From an uncultured Actinomycetes bacterium (lineage in GTDB: Bacteria; Actinomycetota; Thermoleophilia; Solirubrobacterales; Solirubrobacteraceae), in contig CAWFMM010000003.1 of assembly GCA_963817035.1 (NCBI GenBank), forward strand, positions 759,910 to 823,909: a stretch of DNA of 64,000 bases. Reading direction: 5' to 3'. Position 1 is the stretch's first letter. The number at the start of each line of letters is the position of its first letter. A model generated the notes under the pieces. It ran no database searches. It was not told the DNA's origin and saw only the letters and a list, made by a program, of their open reading frames with translations. The translations under genes and the position numbers were made by a program. Below are positions 1 to 9,424 of this stretch, in pieces.

Positions 1-752
1 AACTCAAGCCCGATCAACTGAGGCTCGAAGCGGTGGCCGAGAACACCGGCGCGGCGGCCCCCGGCCGCGAGCGGACCGGTCAGCGAGATGCCGGCATGGC
101 TCGTGTCGCCGACGCCGACCGGCACGACGAGCGGGAAGCCGTCGGCCTCGGGGTACGCGGCAAGGACATGGGGCTGCGCCCGGAGCCGCTTGGCGGCGCG
201 CTCGACATCGACGCGCGGGCCGGTGCCGTTCTTTGGCGGCGCCTGCACGGCGGGCTGCTGCGGCGACCACGGGGCGCCGGCGACCGTCGGCTCACCGACG
301 CAGCCCAGATCGGGCCATGAGACGACGCGCTCGACGTTCACGGTGACGACGACGCGGTCGGCGTAGTACGCGCTCAGCCAGCGATCCCAGAACGGACCGG
401 TCTTCTGCTTGCCCATGAACCTCTCGGCCGCCGGCCCGATCGTGTTGGTCAGCAGATCAACGTCCGGATGGGCGTCGTAGGTCGCGGTTCCCTGCACGAG
501 CACGAAGCGCGGCTCGGTGGCGAACCCGTGCTCGCGTGCGTGGTAGGCCAGTGCGACGCGCGGGTTGGCCTTCATGCGATCGAGCTTGCGCCCGAAGCCG
601 AGCGAGGTCGTGAAGCTGACCGTTGCAGCTTCACGATCGCGCAGGCCGACCGGCGCGACCGGCGTCAGCACCGCACCGCCCGCCGGAGTCACGTACGCGA
701 GGGCCGCGGTGAGATCGCCGCCGATGATCCGATCTTCGCTGGCTGACCACAT
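1..752 (-). CDS. PPOX-class (pyridoxamine 5'-phosphate oxidase-like split-barrel) family protein; C-terminus lies outside the window
   Basis: Not in the ORF track because there is no stop inside the window. My translation of the minus strand from ATG 752..750 gives MWSASEDRIIGGDLTAALAYVTPAGG..GRKLDRMKANPRVALAYHAREHGFATEPRFVLVQGTATYD. Codon position 3 is almost uniformly G/C in this frame only. Confidence 0.55.
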   Translation of the reverse strand, partial: MWSASEDRIIGGDLTAALAYVTPAGGAVLTPVAPVGLRDREAATVSFTTSLGFGRKLDRMKANPRVALAYHAREHGFATEPRFVLVQGTATYDAHPDVDLLTNTIGPAAERFMGKQKTGPFWDRWLSAYYADRVVVTVNVERVVSWPDLGCVGEPTVAGAPWSPQQPAVQAPPKNGTGPRVDVERAAKRLRAQPHVLAAYPEADGFPLVVPVGVGDTSHAGISLTGPLAAGGRRAGVLGHRFEPQLIGLE

Positions 753-797
753 ATCCCAACCCTACGGCCAATCCTTCGCTCGTGGACGGTCCGCGGA

Positions 798-3065
798 CTA
801 TCTGACGAGCACCGTCATCTGCATCCCGGGCGCATGAAGCTCGCACACGAGGTGGTAGGTGCCGGCCGTGTGGAACGTGTAATCGAACGAGCCGCGGTTG
901 CGTTCGTTGGCGGTGAAGCGCTTGGGGCCCGAGCGGACCTCGATCGAGTGCGACTCACGCGACTGCCAGTGCCAGGCGACCTTCGTCCCGGTGGTGATGC
1001 GCACGGTCGGCCGGGCGCTCCCGTCGAAGAACTGGTTGTCCTGGATGAAGACGTCGTCGGGACCGGCGTTGGGGACGGTCGGCAGCGGCGCGGCGGCCGG
1101 CGCGGGCACCGGCTTGGGCTTGCCGGCCAGGACGGCCAGCGCACCCGGCGGATAGGCGGCCTTGGGGTTGCTGATCAGGCGCACGGTCTTCGTTGTGAGG
1201 TTGCGGACGTAGATCGCGCGCGCCGGGTCGGTCTTGGACGGCGCGAGGTTGGTCGCAGCCGAGACAAAGGCGACACGGGTACCGTCGTCGGAGATCGACG
1301 GGCTGTCGGATACGCCGTCAGCCGTCCCGCTGACCGAGGTCACCGCGGCGCCGTGACGCGTCCACGCCATCACGGCCGTCTTGGTGCCGTTGACGACGGT
1401 GAACGCGACGACGCGCCCGTCCTTCGAGACGACCGGATCGAGCGGGTTCCCGGTCGGGGTCGGGATGTTCACCGTGCGGTTGTGGAGCAGGTCACGCAGG
1501 AACAGGCCCGGGTGCCCGGTGCTCCGGCCGAGGTCGGTGGCGTCGGAGGTGAACGCGACCCAGCGGCCGTCCGGGGAGATCGACGGATCCGACGAGAAGC
1601 CGTCGGCCGGCGTACCGCCGGCGGTCCTGCTGATCAGCGTCTGCGCCCCGGTCGCGACGTCGCGGACGAAGACCTCGCTGCCCGCCCGGCCGGGATCGGT
1701 GACGCGCCCGGTGGCCATCGTGTAGACGAGCCTCGAGCCATCGCCCGACAGGCCGGGCTCGTAGGGATCGGCGAACGCCGCGCCGCCGACCGTCGCACCG
1801 CGCACGACCTGGCGCTGGTGGCCGGTGCGCAGGTCCGCGACGAGCACGACGGTGCGACCGTCGCGCACCGCCTCGTAGGCCGAGTGCGAGCCGTCGGCCG
1901 AGATCGTCGGGTTGTAGGCCGACTGCGAGTCGGGCACGTCCTTGACCGGCGTGTCGAGGCGCTTCGTCGTGCCGGAGTGCGAGAGCAGGACGCCGATGCG
2001 CCCGTAGCGCTTGGCGAAGTTCTGGTTGCCGGCCGCCGACTCGTAGGTGATCAGCTTGCCGTTGCCGGAGATCGCCGAGTTGTAGGCCGACCGCGGGTCG
2101 GGCCCCGAAGCGTCGCCCTTGGGCAGGCGGCTGACGATCGTGTCCCTGCCGGACTCAAGGTCGGCGCGCATGACCGCAATCTCACCGAGCTTGATCGCCA
2201 GCGGCAGCTTCTGGCGGTAGGCCTCGTAGGAGACGTAGCGCCCGTCGGCCGAGATGTCGGGGTTCGTCGCGTAGTCCTGGGGCAGGGCGACGAGCGCACC
2301 GCGATAGGTCGGCGGCGGTCCGTTGTAGCGCGCCTGGTCAAGCCAGCGCGGGAGCTGGCTGATCTGGCGGCTGAGCAGCCGCTGGGCCTGCGCGGCCGGT
2401 GTCGCCTTACCGTGGACGCCGGTGTCCGCGCGCTCGTGGAGCACCGCGATCGACATCGCCTCGACCTGCCCCGGCGAGCGTCCGTGGAGCGCGGCGATGG
2501 CCAGTGGGCTGAGCTCGGCGCGGCGCAGCGCGCGGAACTCGATGTCCGTCACGCCGAAGATGTCCGGGGCCTCGCTGGCGATCGCGAACTGGTGCAGCGA
2601 ATGGAAGAACAGGTGCTGGGCGAGGTGACCCTGGGTGATCGTCAGCAGCGCGCGCTGCTCCATCGCATCGGTCCGCTGCGGCCCGAGGCTCCCGGCCAGC
2701 GGAGCGACGAGTGCGACCGCGAGCTTCTGCGGGTCGGGCCAACCGTGCTTGGCCGCAAGCTGCGCGAGGGTGTTGTGATCGTTGCGCAGCTGGTCCCACA
2801 GCTCGTTGCGCGTGATGTGGACGAGGCGGTAAAGCCTCGCCTCGTCATAGGGCAGCCAATGGTTGTAGACCCACGCCTCGGGCGGCAGCCAGTGCGCGGC
2901 GGCGTTCGTCGGCGCGCCGGAGTCGGGCGAATGGGTGGTGATCGGTAGGCCGGCCTTCTGGACGGCGCCCGTCGCCGTCGTCGCCGCGCCGGGGCTCGGT
3001 TTGCTCGATCCGCAACCCGCGAGCGCGATGGTCCCGACGACCAACAGCCCCCCGAGCATCCGCAT
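798..3065 (-). CDS. lipoprotein with PD40/TolB-like beta-propeller repeats and a C-terminal cupredoxin (plastocyanin-like) domain
   Basis: ORF 798..3146 trimmed to M28 (MRMLGGLLVVGTIALAGCGSS, signal plus lipobox). Repeats seen: ISADGRYVSYEA, ISGNGKLITYES, ISADGSHSAYEA, LSGDGSRLVYTM, ISPDGRWVAFTS, VSKDGRVVAFTV, ISDDGTRVAFVS. The C-terminal end reads HSIEV...YHLVCELHAPGMQM, which looks like type-1 Cu ligands. Confidence 0.8.
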   Translation of the reverse strand: MRMLGGLLVVGTIALAGCGSSKPSPGAATTATGAVQKAGLPITTHSPDSGAPTNAAAHWLPPEAWVYNHWLPYDEARLYRLVHITRNELWDQLRNDHNTLAQLAAKHGWPDPQKLAVALVAPLAGSLGPQRTDAMEQRALLTITQGHLAQHLFFHSLHQFAIASEAPDIFGVTDIEFRALRRAELSPLAIAALHGRSPGQVEAMSIAVLHERADTGVHGKATPAAQAQRLLSRQISQLPRWLDQARYNGPPPTYRGALVALPQDYATNPDISADGRYVSYEAYRQKLPLAIKLGEIAVMRADLESGRDTIVSRLPKGDASGPDPRSAYNSAISGNGKLITYESAAGNQNFAKRYGRIGVLLSHSGTTKRLDTPVKDVPDSQSAYNPTISADGSHSAYEAVRDGRTVVLVADLRTGHQRQVVRGATVGGAAFADPYEPGLSGDGSRLVYTMATGRVTDPGRAGSEVFVRDVATGAQTLISRTAGGTPADGFSSDPSISPDGRWVAFTSDATDLGRSTGHPGLFLRDLLHNRTVNIPTPTGNPLDPVVSKDGRVVAFTVVNGTKTAVMAWTRHGAAVTSVSGTADGVSDSPSISDDGTRVAFVSAATNLAPSKTDPARAIYVRNLTTKTVRLISNPKAAYPPGALAVLAGKPKPVPAPAAAPLPTVPNAGPDDVFIQDNQFFDGSARPTVRITTGTKVAWHWQSRESHSIEVRSGPKRFTANERNRGSFDYTFHTAGTYHLVCELHAPGMQMTVLVR

Positions 3066-3075
3066 CGGCTCGACG

Positions 3076-3702
3076 TTACCCGATCGGACGCGCGGCGCCG
3101 AAGACCAGCGGCCGGACGATCGGCGGCGCGCGGCGCAACTCACCATGCTCGAGCTCGAAGACGTCGAACCCTGCGCCCTCGATGTTGGCCACCGTCGAAC
3201 GGTTGCAGTTGCAGCCGTGGCCGATGCGCAGCTGGACGAAGTTCAGGCGATCCTGCCAGCGCGCGAGCCCCGGCTCGTCGGAGCGCACGTGCTCGAGGAA
3301 GATCAGCTGACCGTCGGGCTTGAGGAGGCGCTTGATCTCGCCGAGCGCCTTGGCGGGAGCGGATACCGTGCACAGCACGAGCGTCGAGACGACGAAATCG
3401 AAGCTGTGATCTTCGAACGGCAGCTGCTCGGCCGGGACCTCCATAACCCGTGCGGGGAGTGAATGGTGAACGAGCTTGGCGCGCAGCCGACGGGCCATCG
3501 GCTCCTCCGGTTCGGTGATGACAAGCTCGGTCACCGCCTTGCCGTAGTAGGGCAGGTTGGCGCCCGTTCCGCCGCCGATCTCAAGGACGCGCCCGCTCGT
3601 GCGCGCGAGAAGCTCACGGCGATGCGGGCCGAAGACGGCCTTCTCCTGTGGGGCCATGAGCCGGTCATAGCCCGCCGCGAAGATCTGCCCCCAAAGGCTC
3701 AT
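3076..3702 (-). CDS. class I SAM-dependent methyltransferase
   Basis: ORF 3076..4203 trimmed to M168 (MSLWGQIFAAGYDRL). Motif I is VLEIGGGTGANL; also FDFVVSTLVLC and LKPDGQLIFLEH. The upstream ORF part is Arg-rich and antisense to the AraC gene. Confidence 0.85.
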   Translation of the reverse strand: MSLWGQIFAAGYDRLMAPQEKAVFGPHRRELLARTSGRVLEIGGGTGANLPYYGKAVTELVITEPEEPMARRLRAKLVHHSLPARVMEVPAEQLPFEDHSFDFVVSTLVLCTVSAPAKALGEIKRLLKPDGQLIFLEHVRSDEPGLARWQDRLNFVQLRIGHGCNCNRSTVANIEGAGFDVFELEHGELRRAPPIVRPLVFGAARPIG

Positions 3703-3750
3703 GGGAACACAGTAGCGCGCTCCCCGACCGTCGCGGTACCGTGGTCTGCC

Positions 3751-4185
3751 ATGGCCTACGTCCCGGCCCCTCGCCACCTGCTCCGCGCCAAGGACCTCGC
3801 CGACGCGCGCTACTTCGAGCCGTTGACCGTCGATGACCTCGCGCGCGCGGCGCGACTGTCGCGAGCGCACTTCAGCCGCGAGTTCCGCGCCACGTTCGGC
3901 GAGTCGCCGCACGCCTACCTGCTGACCCGGCGCCTCGAGCGCGCGGCCGCGCTGCTGCGCAACACCGACCGCTCGGTCTCCGACATCTGCTTCTCGGTCG
4001 GCCTGCGCAGCGTCGGCTCGTTCACGACGAGCTTCTCGCGGACGTTCGGCCGCTCGCCGACTGCCTACCGCACGGCGTTCCCACCCGCGGCCGAGCACGC
4101 GATGGTCCCGACCTGCGTGCTGCGCGCGTACGGTCGCCCGCAACGCAGCACGTTTCGAGAAGACAGGGCCGCCGTCGCGGGCTAG
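3751..4185 (+). CDS. AraC-family HTH transcriptional regulator (DNA-binding domain only)
   Basis: ORF 3463..4185 trimmed to M97 (MAYVPAPRHLL). AraC HTH signature: LTVDDLARAARLSRAHFSREFRATFGESPHAYLLTRRLERAAALLRNTDRSVSDICFSVGLRSVGSFTTSFSRTFGRSP. Confidence 0.8.
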   Translation: MAYVPAPRHLLRAKDLADARYFEPLTVDDLARAARLSRAHFSREFRATFGESPHAYLLTRRLERAAALLRNTDRSVSDICFSVGLRSVGSFTTSFSRTFGRSPTAYRTAFPPAAEHAMVPTCVLRAYGRPQRSTFREDRAAVAG

Positions 4186-4229
4186 CGTGGTCTCCCGAAA
4201 CACGAACCCTTGACGTTCAGGAGCACACG

Positions 4230-4688
4230 ATGATCAAGATCGCCACCGCACAGCTGTGGGTCCACGACCAGGACGAGGCACTCGCGTTCTACACGCAGAA
4301 GCTCGGCATGGAGGTCCGGATGGACGTGACGTTCGCCGAGATGGGCAACTTCCGCTGGCTCTCGGTCGGGCCGGTCGGCCAGGACGACGTCTCGATCGTC
4401 CTGATGGCAATCCCCGGCCCGCCGATGATCGACCCCGAGACCGGCGAGCAGATCAAGAACCTGATGGCCAAGGGCTTCGCCGGCACCGTCTTCCTCTCGA
4501 CCGACGACGCGCAGGCGTCCTACGAGGAGCTCAAGGGACGCGGGGTCGAGTTCTCCGAGGAGCCCGAGGAGCGCGTCTACGGAATCGACACCGGATTCCA
4601 CGACCCGTCGGGCAACAGCTTCCGGCTGACCCAGCTGCGTGACTCGGGCGAGATCGAGCAGGCGGCCGCGGCAAGCGTCAGCGCCTGA
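4230..4688 (+). CDS. VOC (glyoxalase/bleomycin-resistance/dioxygenase) family protein
   Basis: 152-aa ORF starting MIKIATAQLWVHDQDEALAFYTQKLGMEV, with FHDPSGNSFRLTQ near the end. It sits directly downstream of the AraC gene, which is a common pairing. Confidence 0.85.
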   Translation: MIKIATAQLWVHDQDEALAFYTQKLGMEVRMDVTFAEMGNFRWLSVGPVGQDDVSIVLMAIPGPPMIDPETGEQIKNLMAKGFAGTVFLSTDDAQASYEELKGRGVEFSEEPEERVYGIDTGFHDPSGNSFRLTQLRDSGEIEQAAAASVSA

Positions 4689-4691
4689 GGC

Positions 4692-5879
4692 TCAGCACTG
4701 CGGGTACTCGTTCGACGGGACGTACTCCAGCGCGCCCGTGTCGGTGACCTGCAGGAGCACCGGGTTGGGATCGACGCTCTTGGTGTAGAAGCGGGTGCCC
4801 GAGAACGACAGCGTGCCGAGGTAGTAGTGGTTGCTGGGGAGGCGGTTGATCGTGACCGCCTCCCGGCCCTTGGCGTCGAAGCGGCCCTTGAACGTGCCGG
4901 CCGCCGCGAGGACGTAGTTGTGGCGACGGCAGCGGGCCAGTCGCTTGATCTTCAGCGTGCCGATCCCACCGGGCGCGGCCTCGGGGAACTCGGCGGTGAA
5001 GGTCAGCACCGGGTGCGAGGAGTGGGGCTTGCTGAGCACGCCGTGAGCGCGGCGGAAGTCGCTGCGGACGTCGACGTGCAGCGGCGCCGACCACGGCGTC
5101 GCGAAGATCAGGTCGTCGAGCGCGTCGTTGCGACCTTCGATCGATCCGCGCGACACGCAGGTCCAGTCGCCGGGGCGTTTGAACGCGTCCTCGGGAATCT
5201 GGGCGAGCGGGATGGAGATGGCCTGGGGCGCCATCAGCTTTCCGCTGACCGAGCCGTCGGCATTGACCTTCGCGTCGCGCGCGCAACGGGTGTCGCCGTC
5301 GCCGCCGGGCGGGATCGGCGCGCGCACGCCGGCGAACGCGTTGGCCCCCTTCAGCGGCTTGTCGCGGTAGACGAGCGGGCCGCCGACCGCGGCGGGGGCG
5401 ACCGAGCCGTCGGCGAAGAACGAGCCGGTCGATGTGGCCGAGCCCGCGCCGCCCATGCAGTCGTTGCGCCCACCGGTCGCCGGACCGACCGAGACGCTGA
5501 CGCTGTAGGTGCCCGTTCCCTCGAACTGGATCTCGACGCCGACCGGCGTGATCGTCCCGACGGTGCCGGGGCCGCCGAGGCAGTAGGGCGTGTTCTGCGG
5601 CTGGGTCGGCTGGCCATCGGGCACGCCGGTGATCTGGAGCGCGGCGTGCTGCGAGGCGCCGGCAGCGGGCGAGTCCTCGAACACGTAGCCGATCTCGTAG
5701 CCGCCGAGCCAGTTCAGGTGCGGCGTGTCAGCGAGCGGCAGCCAGTCGCCCGCGGGCGAGTGGTCGATCGAGTTCGCGTGGGCCAGACGAACGTAGAGCG
5801 TCGGCGGCGTGAACGCATTCGCGGGAACCGCCCACAGCAGGCCGGCCAGCAGGCCGAGCAGCACGGCGCGCTTGCACAT
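4692..5879 (-). CDS. secreted hypothetical protein
   Basis: ORF 4692..6857 trimmed to M327 (MCKRAVLLGLLAGLLWAVPANA, a signal peptide). The rest of the ORF upstream is Arg/Gly-rich antisense of the neighbouring gene. Confidence 0.75.
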   Translation of the reverse strand: MCKRAVLLGLLAGLLWAVPANAFTPPTLYVRLAHANSIDHSPAGDWLPLADTPHLNWLGGYEIGYVFEDSPAAGASQHAALQITGVPDGQPTQPQNTPYCLGGPGTVGTITPVGVEIQFEGTGTYSVSVSVGPATGGRNDCMGGAGSATSTGSFFADGSVAPAAVGGPLVYRDKPLKGANAFAGVRAPIPPGGDGDTRCARDAKVNADGSVSGKLMAPQAISIPLAQIPEDAFKRPGDWTCVSRGSIEGRNDALDDLIFATPWSAPLHVDVRSDFRRAHGVLSKPHSSHPVLTFTAEFPEAAPGGIGTLKIKRLARCRRHNYVLAAAGTFKGRFDAKGREAVTINRLPSNHYYLGTLSFSGTRFYTKSVDPNPVLLQVTDTGALEYVPSNEYPQC

Positions 5880-5914
5880 CTCCGCGACGCTACCGCAACG
5901 AGCGACCGCCGCTC

Positions 5915-5956
5915 CCACCGGAGGGGTCAGACCCCTTGAGTGGAGGCGACTCAGAT
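5915..5956. repeat. REP-like intergenic palindromic element, copy 1
   Basis: CCACCGGAGGGGTCAGACCCCTTGAGTGG plus a tail. It shares the core AGGGGTCAGACCCCTTGAGTGG exactly with 48387..48409 and can fold as CCAC/GTGG plus AGGGG/CCCCT stems. Confidence 0.6.
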
Positions 5957-8900
5957 CCTGGCCGTCGCCGTGCGAACGACCGGCGTGCCCTTGCGGCCGT
6001 TCGCGGCGTACGCGGTGACGGTGACGGTCGCCACGGCGCGCGGGCCGATGTCGGTCACCCGCGCCGAGCGGTGCGTGGCCGTCGTCAGGAACAGGCGGTG
6101 CTTGCCGTCGGTGCTGCGCACGGCGATCCGGTAGGTCCGTGCGTTGCGCGCTGCGCCGAACGAGACGGTCAGCGTATGGCGGACGACCGCGACCTTCAGC
6201 CGCGCCGCGCGCCCGGGGCGCAGCGGCCCGGGCGCGGTGAAGTGCGCCAGCACGACACGCGGTCGCGGCAGGCCGTCCTGCTCGATCAGGGCGACGATCG
6301 CGCGCCGGCCGGCCGGACCGTCGGCCGGGGCGAACGCGAGCGTGCCGCTCGAGCCGCTGGCCTTGCCGATCGCGTGCAGGAGCTTGCCGCCGAGCTCGGC
6401 GAACGTGACCGTCATCCCCGGGCGCGGCTTCAGGCGGTAGGCCAGGCTCAGCGTGCGCCCGTGGCCGGTGACCCGCCCACTCAGCGCCGGCTTCGGGAGC
6501 GGGTGGGACTCGGCCACCGAGGCGAGCGCGGGCGAGCCGGGCAGGGCCTCGACGTGCCACGTGCCGGCGGCCGGGCTGCGCAGGGCGACGACCGTCGTGT
6601 CGGTTCCCGGAACCGGGAAGGCGGCAGCGAGCGGGTGCCCGGGCGCCGCCATCGCCGCCGTCGCGGCGGCCAGGTCGCCGACCGCCGGGACGAACCGCTG
6701 GCCGTCCGGCCCGGTCAAGGCGACCGACGGTGCGCCCCCGGCGCCCTCGACCGCCACGTCGACCGTCGTCGCGTGCGACAGGACGATCGGCAGCCCCGGC
6801 CCGGCCGCGCGCGCCCCCCGCGGAGGAGCCGACGCCCGGTAGCTCGAGAGGTCGCACTCATCGGTTGGGTCGAAGTCGGGCGAGGGCACGAGGTCGGTGT
6901 AGGAGTGCCCGAAGTGATGGCCGGCGGTGATGAGCGGGAACGGGAAGATCGGATCGCGGCCGCACAACCCGAACCCGTTCGTCGAGACCGCGACCTCGAC
7001 CGACGAGAGGTGGAGCACGTCGGCGAGCACGACGTCGGCCCGGAAGTCCGCCGAGAACAGCCTGTGCGGCAGGTCGAACGTCGCGTTGATCGCCGCCGAC
7101 ATGTGGATGATCGGGTCGAAGTCGAGGTCGAACGACCCGTCGAGCGACACGAAGCCGGTGCTGATGAACAGCAGATGCGCCGTGTCGACCGGCACGCCGG
7201 CGAGCAGCGCGGTCCCGGTGACCTCGATCTTGAACGGGTCGGCGAACGTCACCGCGATGTCGCCGTTGATCTGCATTGTGTTGATGAAGTTCGTGATCGT
7301 CCCGACCGGGATCACGCCGATGCCGACGCCGGCGGTGATCTTCGTCTCGGGCTCCAGCTCGACGCCGCCCTTGATGTCGTTGATGTAGACGTCGGTGAAG
7401 ACCGGCAGCCCGAACCCCGGCGGCTTGATGTCGATCATCCCCTGAACGAAGTGGCCCTTGGCGAACGAGACGCTCGCGCTGAGGACCAGCCCCGCCGGCG
7501 GCGGGAACTTCAGCGTGCCACTCCCGTCCCAGATGTCGTACTTCGCGTCGTAGCTGATGGCGAAATCGCACAGCAGCGGGCCGATCGGCGCGTTGGAGAT
7601 CGCGATGTTCAGCGAGTTGAGGCGCAGGCCTTCGGCGGTTGTGACGGTCAACTCGGCGTGCCCGGTGATGCCGCCGAACACCGCGGGCAGCTTGAGATCG
7701 ATCGGGATCCGCACGCCGTCGGCGGTCAGCTTGACGTCGAGCTTGGCGTTGATCGGGAAGCCGTCGAGCGCCGACGCGTACTGGCTCATGTCGAAGTTGA
7801 AGAGGTCCGTCTCGGCGCCGGCGGTCGGCAGCTTGATGTGGATCGGGCCGTGCCAGAGCGTGAAGCTGAACCCGCTGGACTCGGCGATCACGCTGACCGC
7901 GCCGGTCGTGTCGAGCGAGTGCTCGTGGGGGTCGAGGATGATCTGCACGCCCGGGTCGGGCACGATCCGCAGGCCGTTGAGGTCGAACTCGCCGTCGGAG
8001 ACGACCTTGGTCGCGAACTCGCCCGTCCCGTGCAGGAAGCAGCCGAGCTCGCCCTGGATGTGGACGTCGCCGAAGCCGACGGTCGAGCAGGTCGTCGTCG
8101 CCTTGGGATCGCCGCCGCCCGGGACGCCGGCGATGCCGGGGACGCCGGTCGGCCGTTGCGATCCATAGGCCATCGCGACGATCTGACCGTTCTGATTGAT
8201 GCCGCCCGTGTGGTTGAGGACCGCGATCCCGCCGCCGTCATCGGCGGCGCCGACCGAGATCTGTCCGTTCTGGTCGCCGCCGATCAGGCGGTCGGTCTGC
8301 GACCAGCCGGCGCCGTCGGGCGACGTGCGCACGCTCACGCCCGGCGTCTTGCCGCCGCGCGACTCCCAGCCGACGACGAGCCGGCCGTTGGGGGTCTCGG
8401 ACATATCGCGGTACTGCGCGTCGTTGGCGTCGGAGACGGTCAGCGGCGCGCCGACAACTCCGCCGGTGACCGAGCGCACGGCGTACGGGCCGTTGGCCGC
8501 CGGGCGGTTGATCAGGAACAACCCAGACGGGCCGCCGGCGAGCTGGGGCTCATCGCCGGGCAGCACCGACGCCGGAGCCCAGTTCGCGACGTCGTTGGCC
8601 GAGCCGGCCCCGGTGAAGCGCCGGATCAGCGTCTGGCGGTGCAGGTCGGAGAACGCCGCGACCGGCGAGCCGCCGTCCAGCGCGACGCTGCCCGAGTAGG
8701 CCTCGTCGACGCTGGCGCCGGCGAGGTTGGCGAACGCCTTCGTGTACCTGCCGGGTGAGAGCGACTGGACGTAGGTGCCGCCGGTGACCGTGTCGGTCGT
8801 GGTGAGGATCTGCGGGTCGTTGGCCGGCCCGAACTCGACGACGCCGCCGCCGATTGGCTCGTCGCCGACGATGCCCGGCCCGGTGAAGCTCGCGCCGCCG

Positions 8901-9424
8901 TCCTCGGAGACCCATTCGAGCACGGTGGTCGACGGGCTCGAGGCGTCAGGGGTCGCGGCGTCGGGCTTGGTGAAGTTGGTCGGATAGCGGTAGTCGAGGA
9001 TCACGATCTGCTGGCCGACCTGGACGATCCGCGCGCCATCGGTGGATGTGTTGAACGCCGGGCTGTCGCCGTCGCCGTAGGCCTTGTCGGGGACGAGCAC
9101 CGAGCTCGCGCTGCATGCACTCGCGCGGCGCGGCAGGCGGCAATAGTGGATCGCGTCGGCGCTGACGCCGTCGGAGGTGATCCAGACGATGTGCGACGTG
9201 CCCGCGCCGTCGACGAGCACGTCGGGGAACTTGCCCGAGGGCGACAGCGTGACCGGGGCCGGCAGGGCGGCCGGCTTGGTCGCGATCGCCTTCGTGATGC
9301 CCTTGTAGCCGGGGGTGCTGTAGCCCGCCGAGGGCCTGGCGATCGCGGACGACGGGGCAACGACGCAGAAGAGCAGCGCAACGGCGAAGGCCAAGCCATG
9401 CCGGAAACCGCCGATCGGCACCAT
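5951..9424 (-). CDS. large secreted protein with BNR/Asp-box-like motifs and a C-terminal Ig/Fn3-like region
   Basis: Uninterrupted 1157-aa ORF with signal peptide MVPIGGFRHGLAFAVALLFCVVAPSSAIA. Asp-box-like motifs are WVSEDGGASF and RTSPDGAGWS. High GC3 throughout. Confidence 0.8.
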   Translation of the reverse strand: MVPIGGFRHGLAFAVALLFCVVAPSSAIARPSAGYSTPGYKGITKAIATKPAALPAPVTLSPSGKFPDVLVDGAGTSHIVWITSDGVSADAIHYCRLPRRASACSASSVLVPDKAYGDGDSPAFNTSTDGARIVQVGQQIVILDYRYPTNFTKPDAATPDASSPSTTVLEWVSEDGGASFTGPGIVGDEPIGGGVVEFGPANDPQILTTTDTVTGGTYVQSLSPGRYTKAFANLAGASVDEAYSGSVALDGGSPVAAFSDLHRQTLIRRFTGAGSANDVANWAPASVLPGDEPQLAGGPSGLFLINRPAANGPYAVRSVTGGVVGAPLTVSDANDAQYRDMSETPNGRLVVGWESRGGKTPGVSVRTSPDGAGWSQTDRLIGGDQNGQISVGAADDGGGIAVLNHTGGINQNGQIVAMAYGSQRPTGVPGIAGVPGGGDPKATTTCSTVGFGDVHIQGELGCFLHGTGEFATKVVSDGEFDLNGLRIVPDPGVQIILDPHEHSLDTTGAVSVIAESSGFSFTLWHGPIHIKLPTAGAETDLFNFDMSQYASALDGFPINAKLDVKLTADGVRIPIDLKLPAVFGGITGHAELTVTTAEGLRLNSLNIAISNAPIGPLLCDFAISYDAKYDIWDGSGTLKFPPPAGLVLSASVSFAKGHFVQGMIDIKPPGFGLPVFTDVYINDIKGGVELEPETKITAGVGIGVIPVGTITNFINTMQINGDIAVTFADPFKIEVTGTALLAGVPVDTAHLLFISTGFVSLDGSFDLDFDPIIHMSAAINATFDLPHRLFSADFRADVVLADVLHLSSVEVAVSTNGFGLCGRDPIFPFPLITAGHHFGHSYTDLVPSPDFDPTDECDLSSYRASAPPRGARAAGPGLPIVLSHATTVDVAVEGAGGAPSVALTGPDGQRFVPAVGDLAAATAAMAAPGHPLAAAFPVPGTDTTVVALRSPAAGTWHVEALPGSPALASVAESHPLPKPALSGRVTGHGRTLSLAYRLKPRPGMTVTFAELGGKLLHAIGKASGSSGTLAFAPADGPAGRRAIVALIEQDGLPRPRVVLAHFTAPGPLRPGRAARLKVAVVRHTLTVSFGAARNARTYRIAVRSTDGKHRLFLTTATHRSARVTDIGPRAVATVTVTAYAANGRKGTPVVRTATARI

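Noticed and set aside
5936-8758. 940-aa plus-strand ORF opposite the 1157-aa secreted protein; the same applies to 834..2948 (+, 704 aa) and 27051..29216 (+, 721 aa)
   Set aside because: These are Arg/Asp/Gly-rich low-complexity translations with poor codon-position-3 bias compared with the opposite-strand genes, which carry signal peptides and recognisable motifs.
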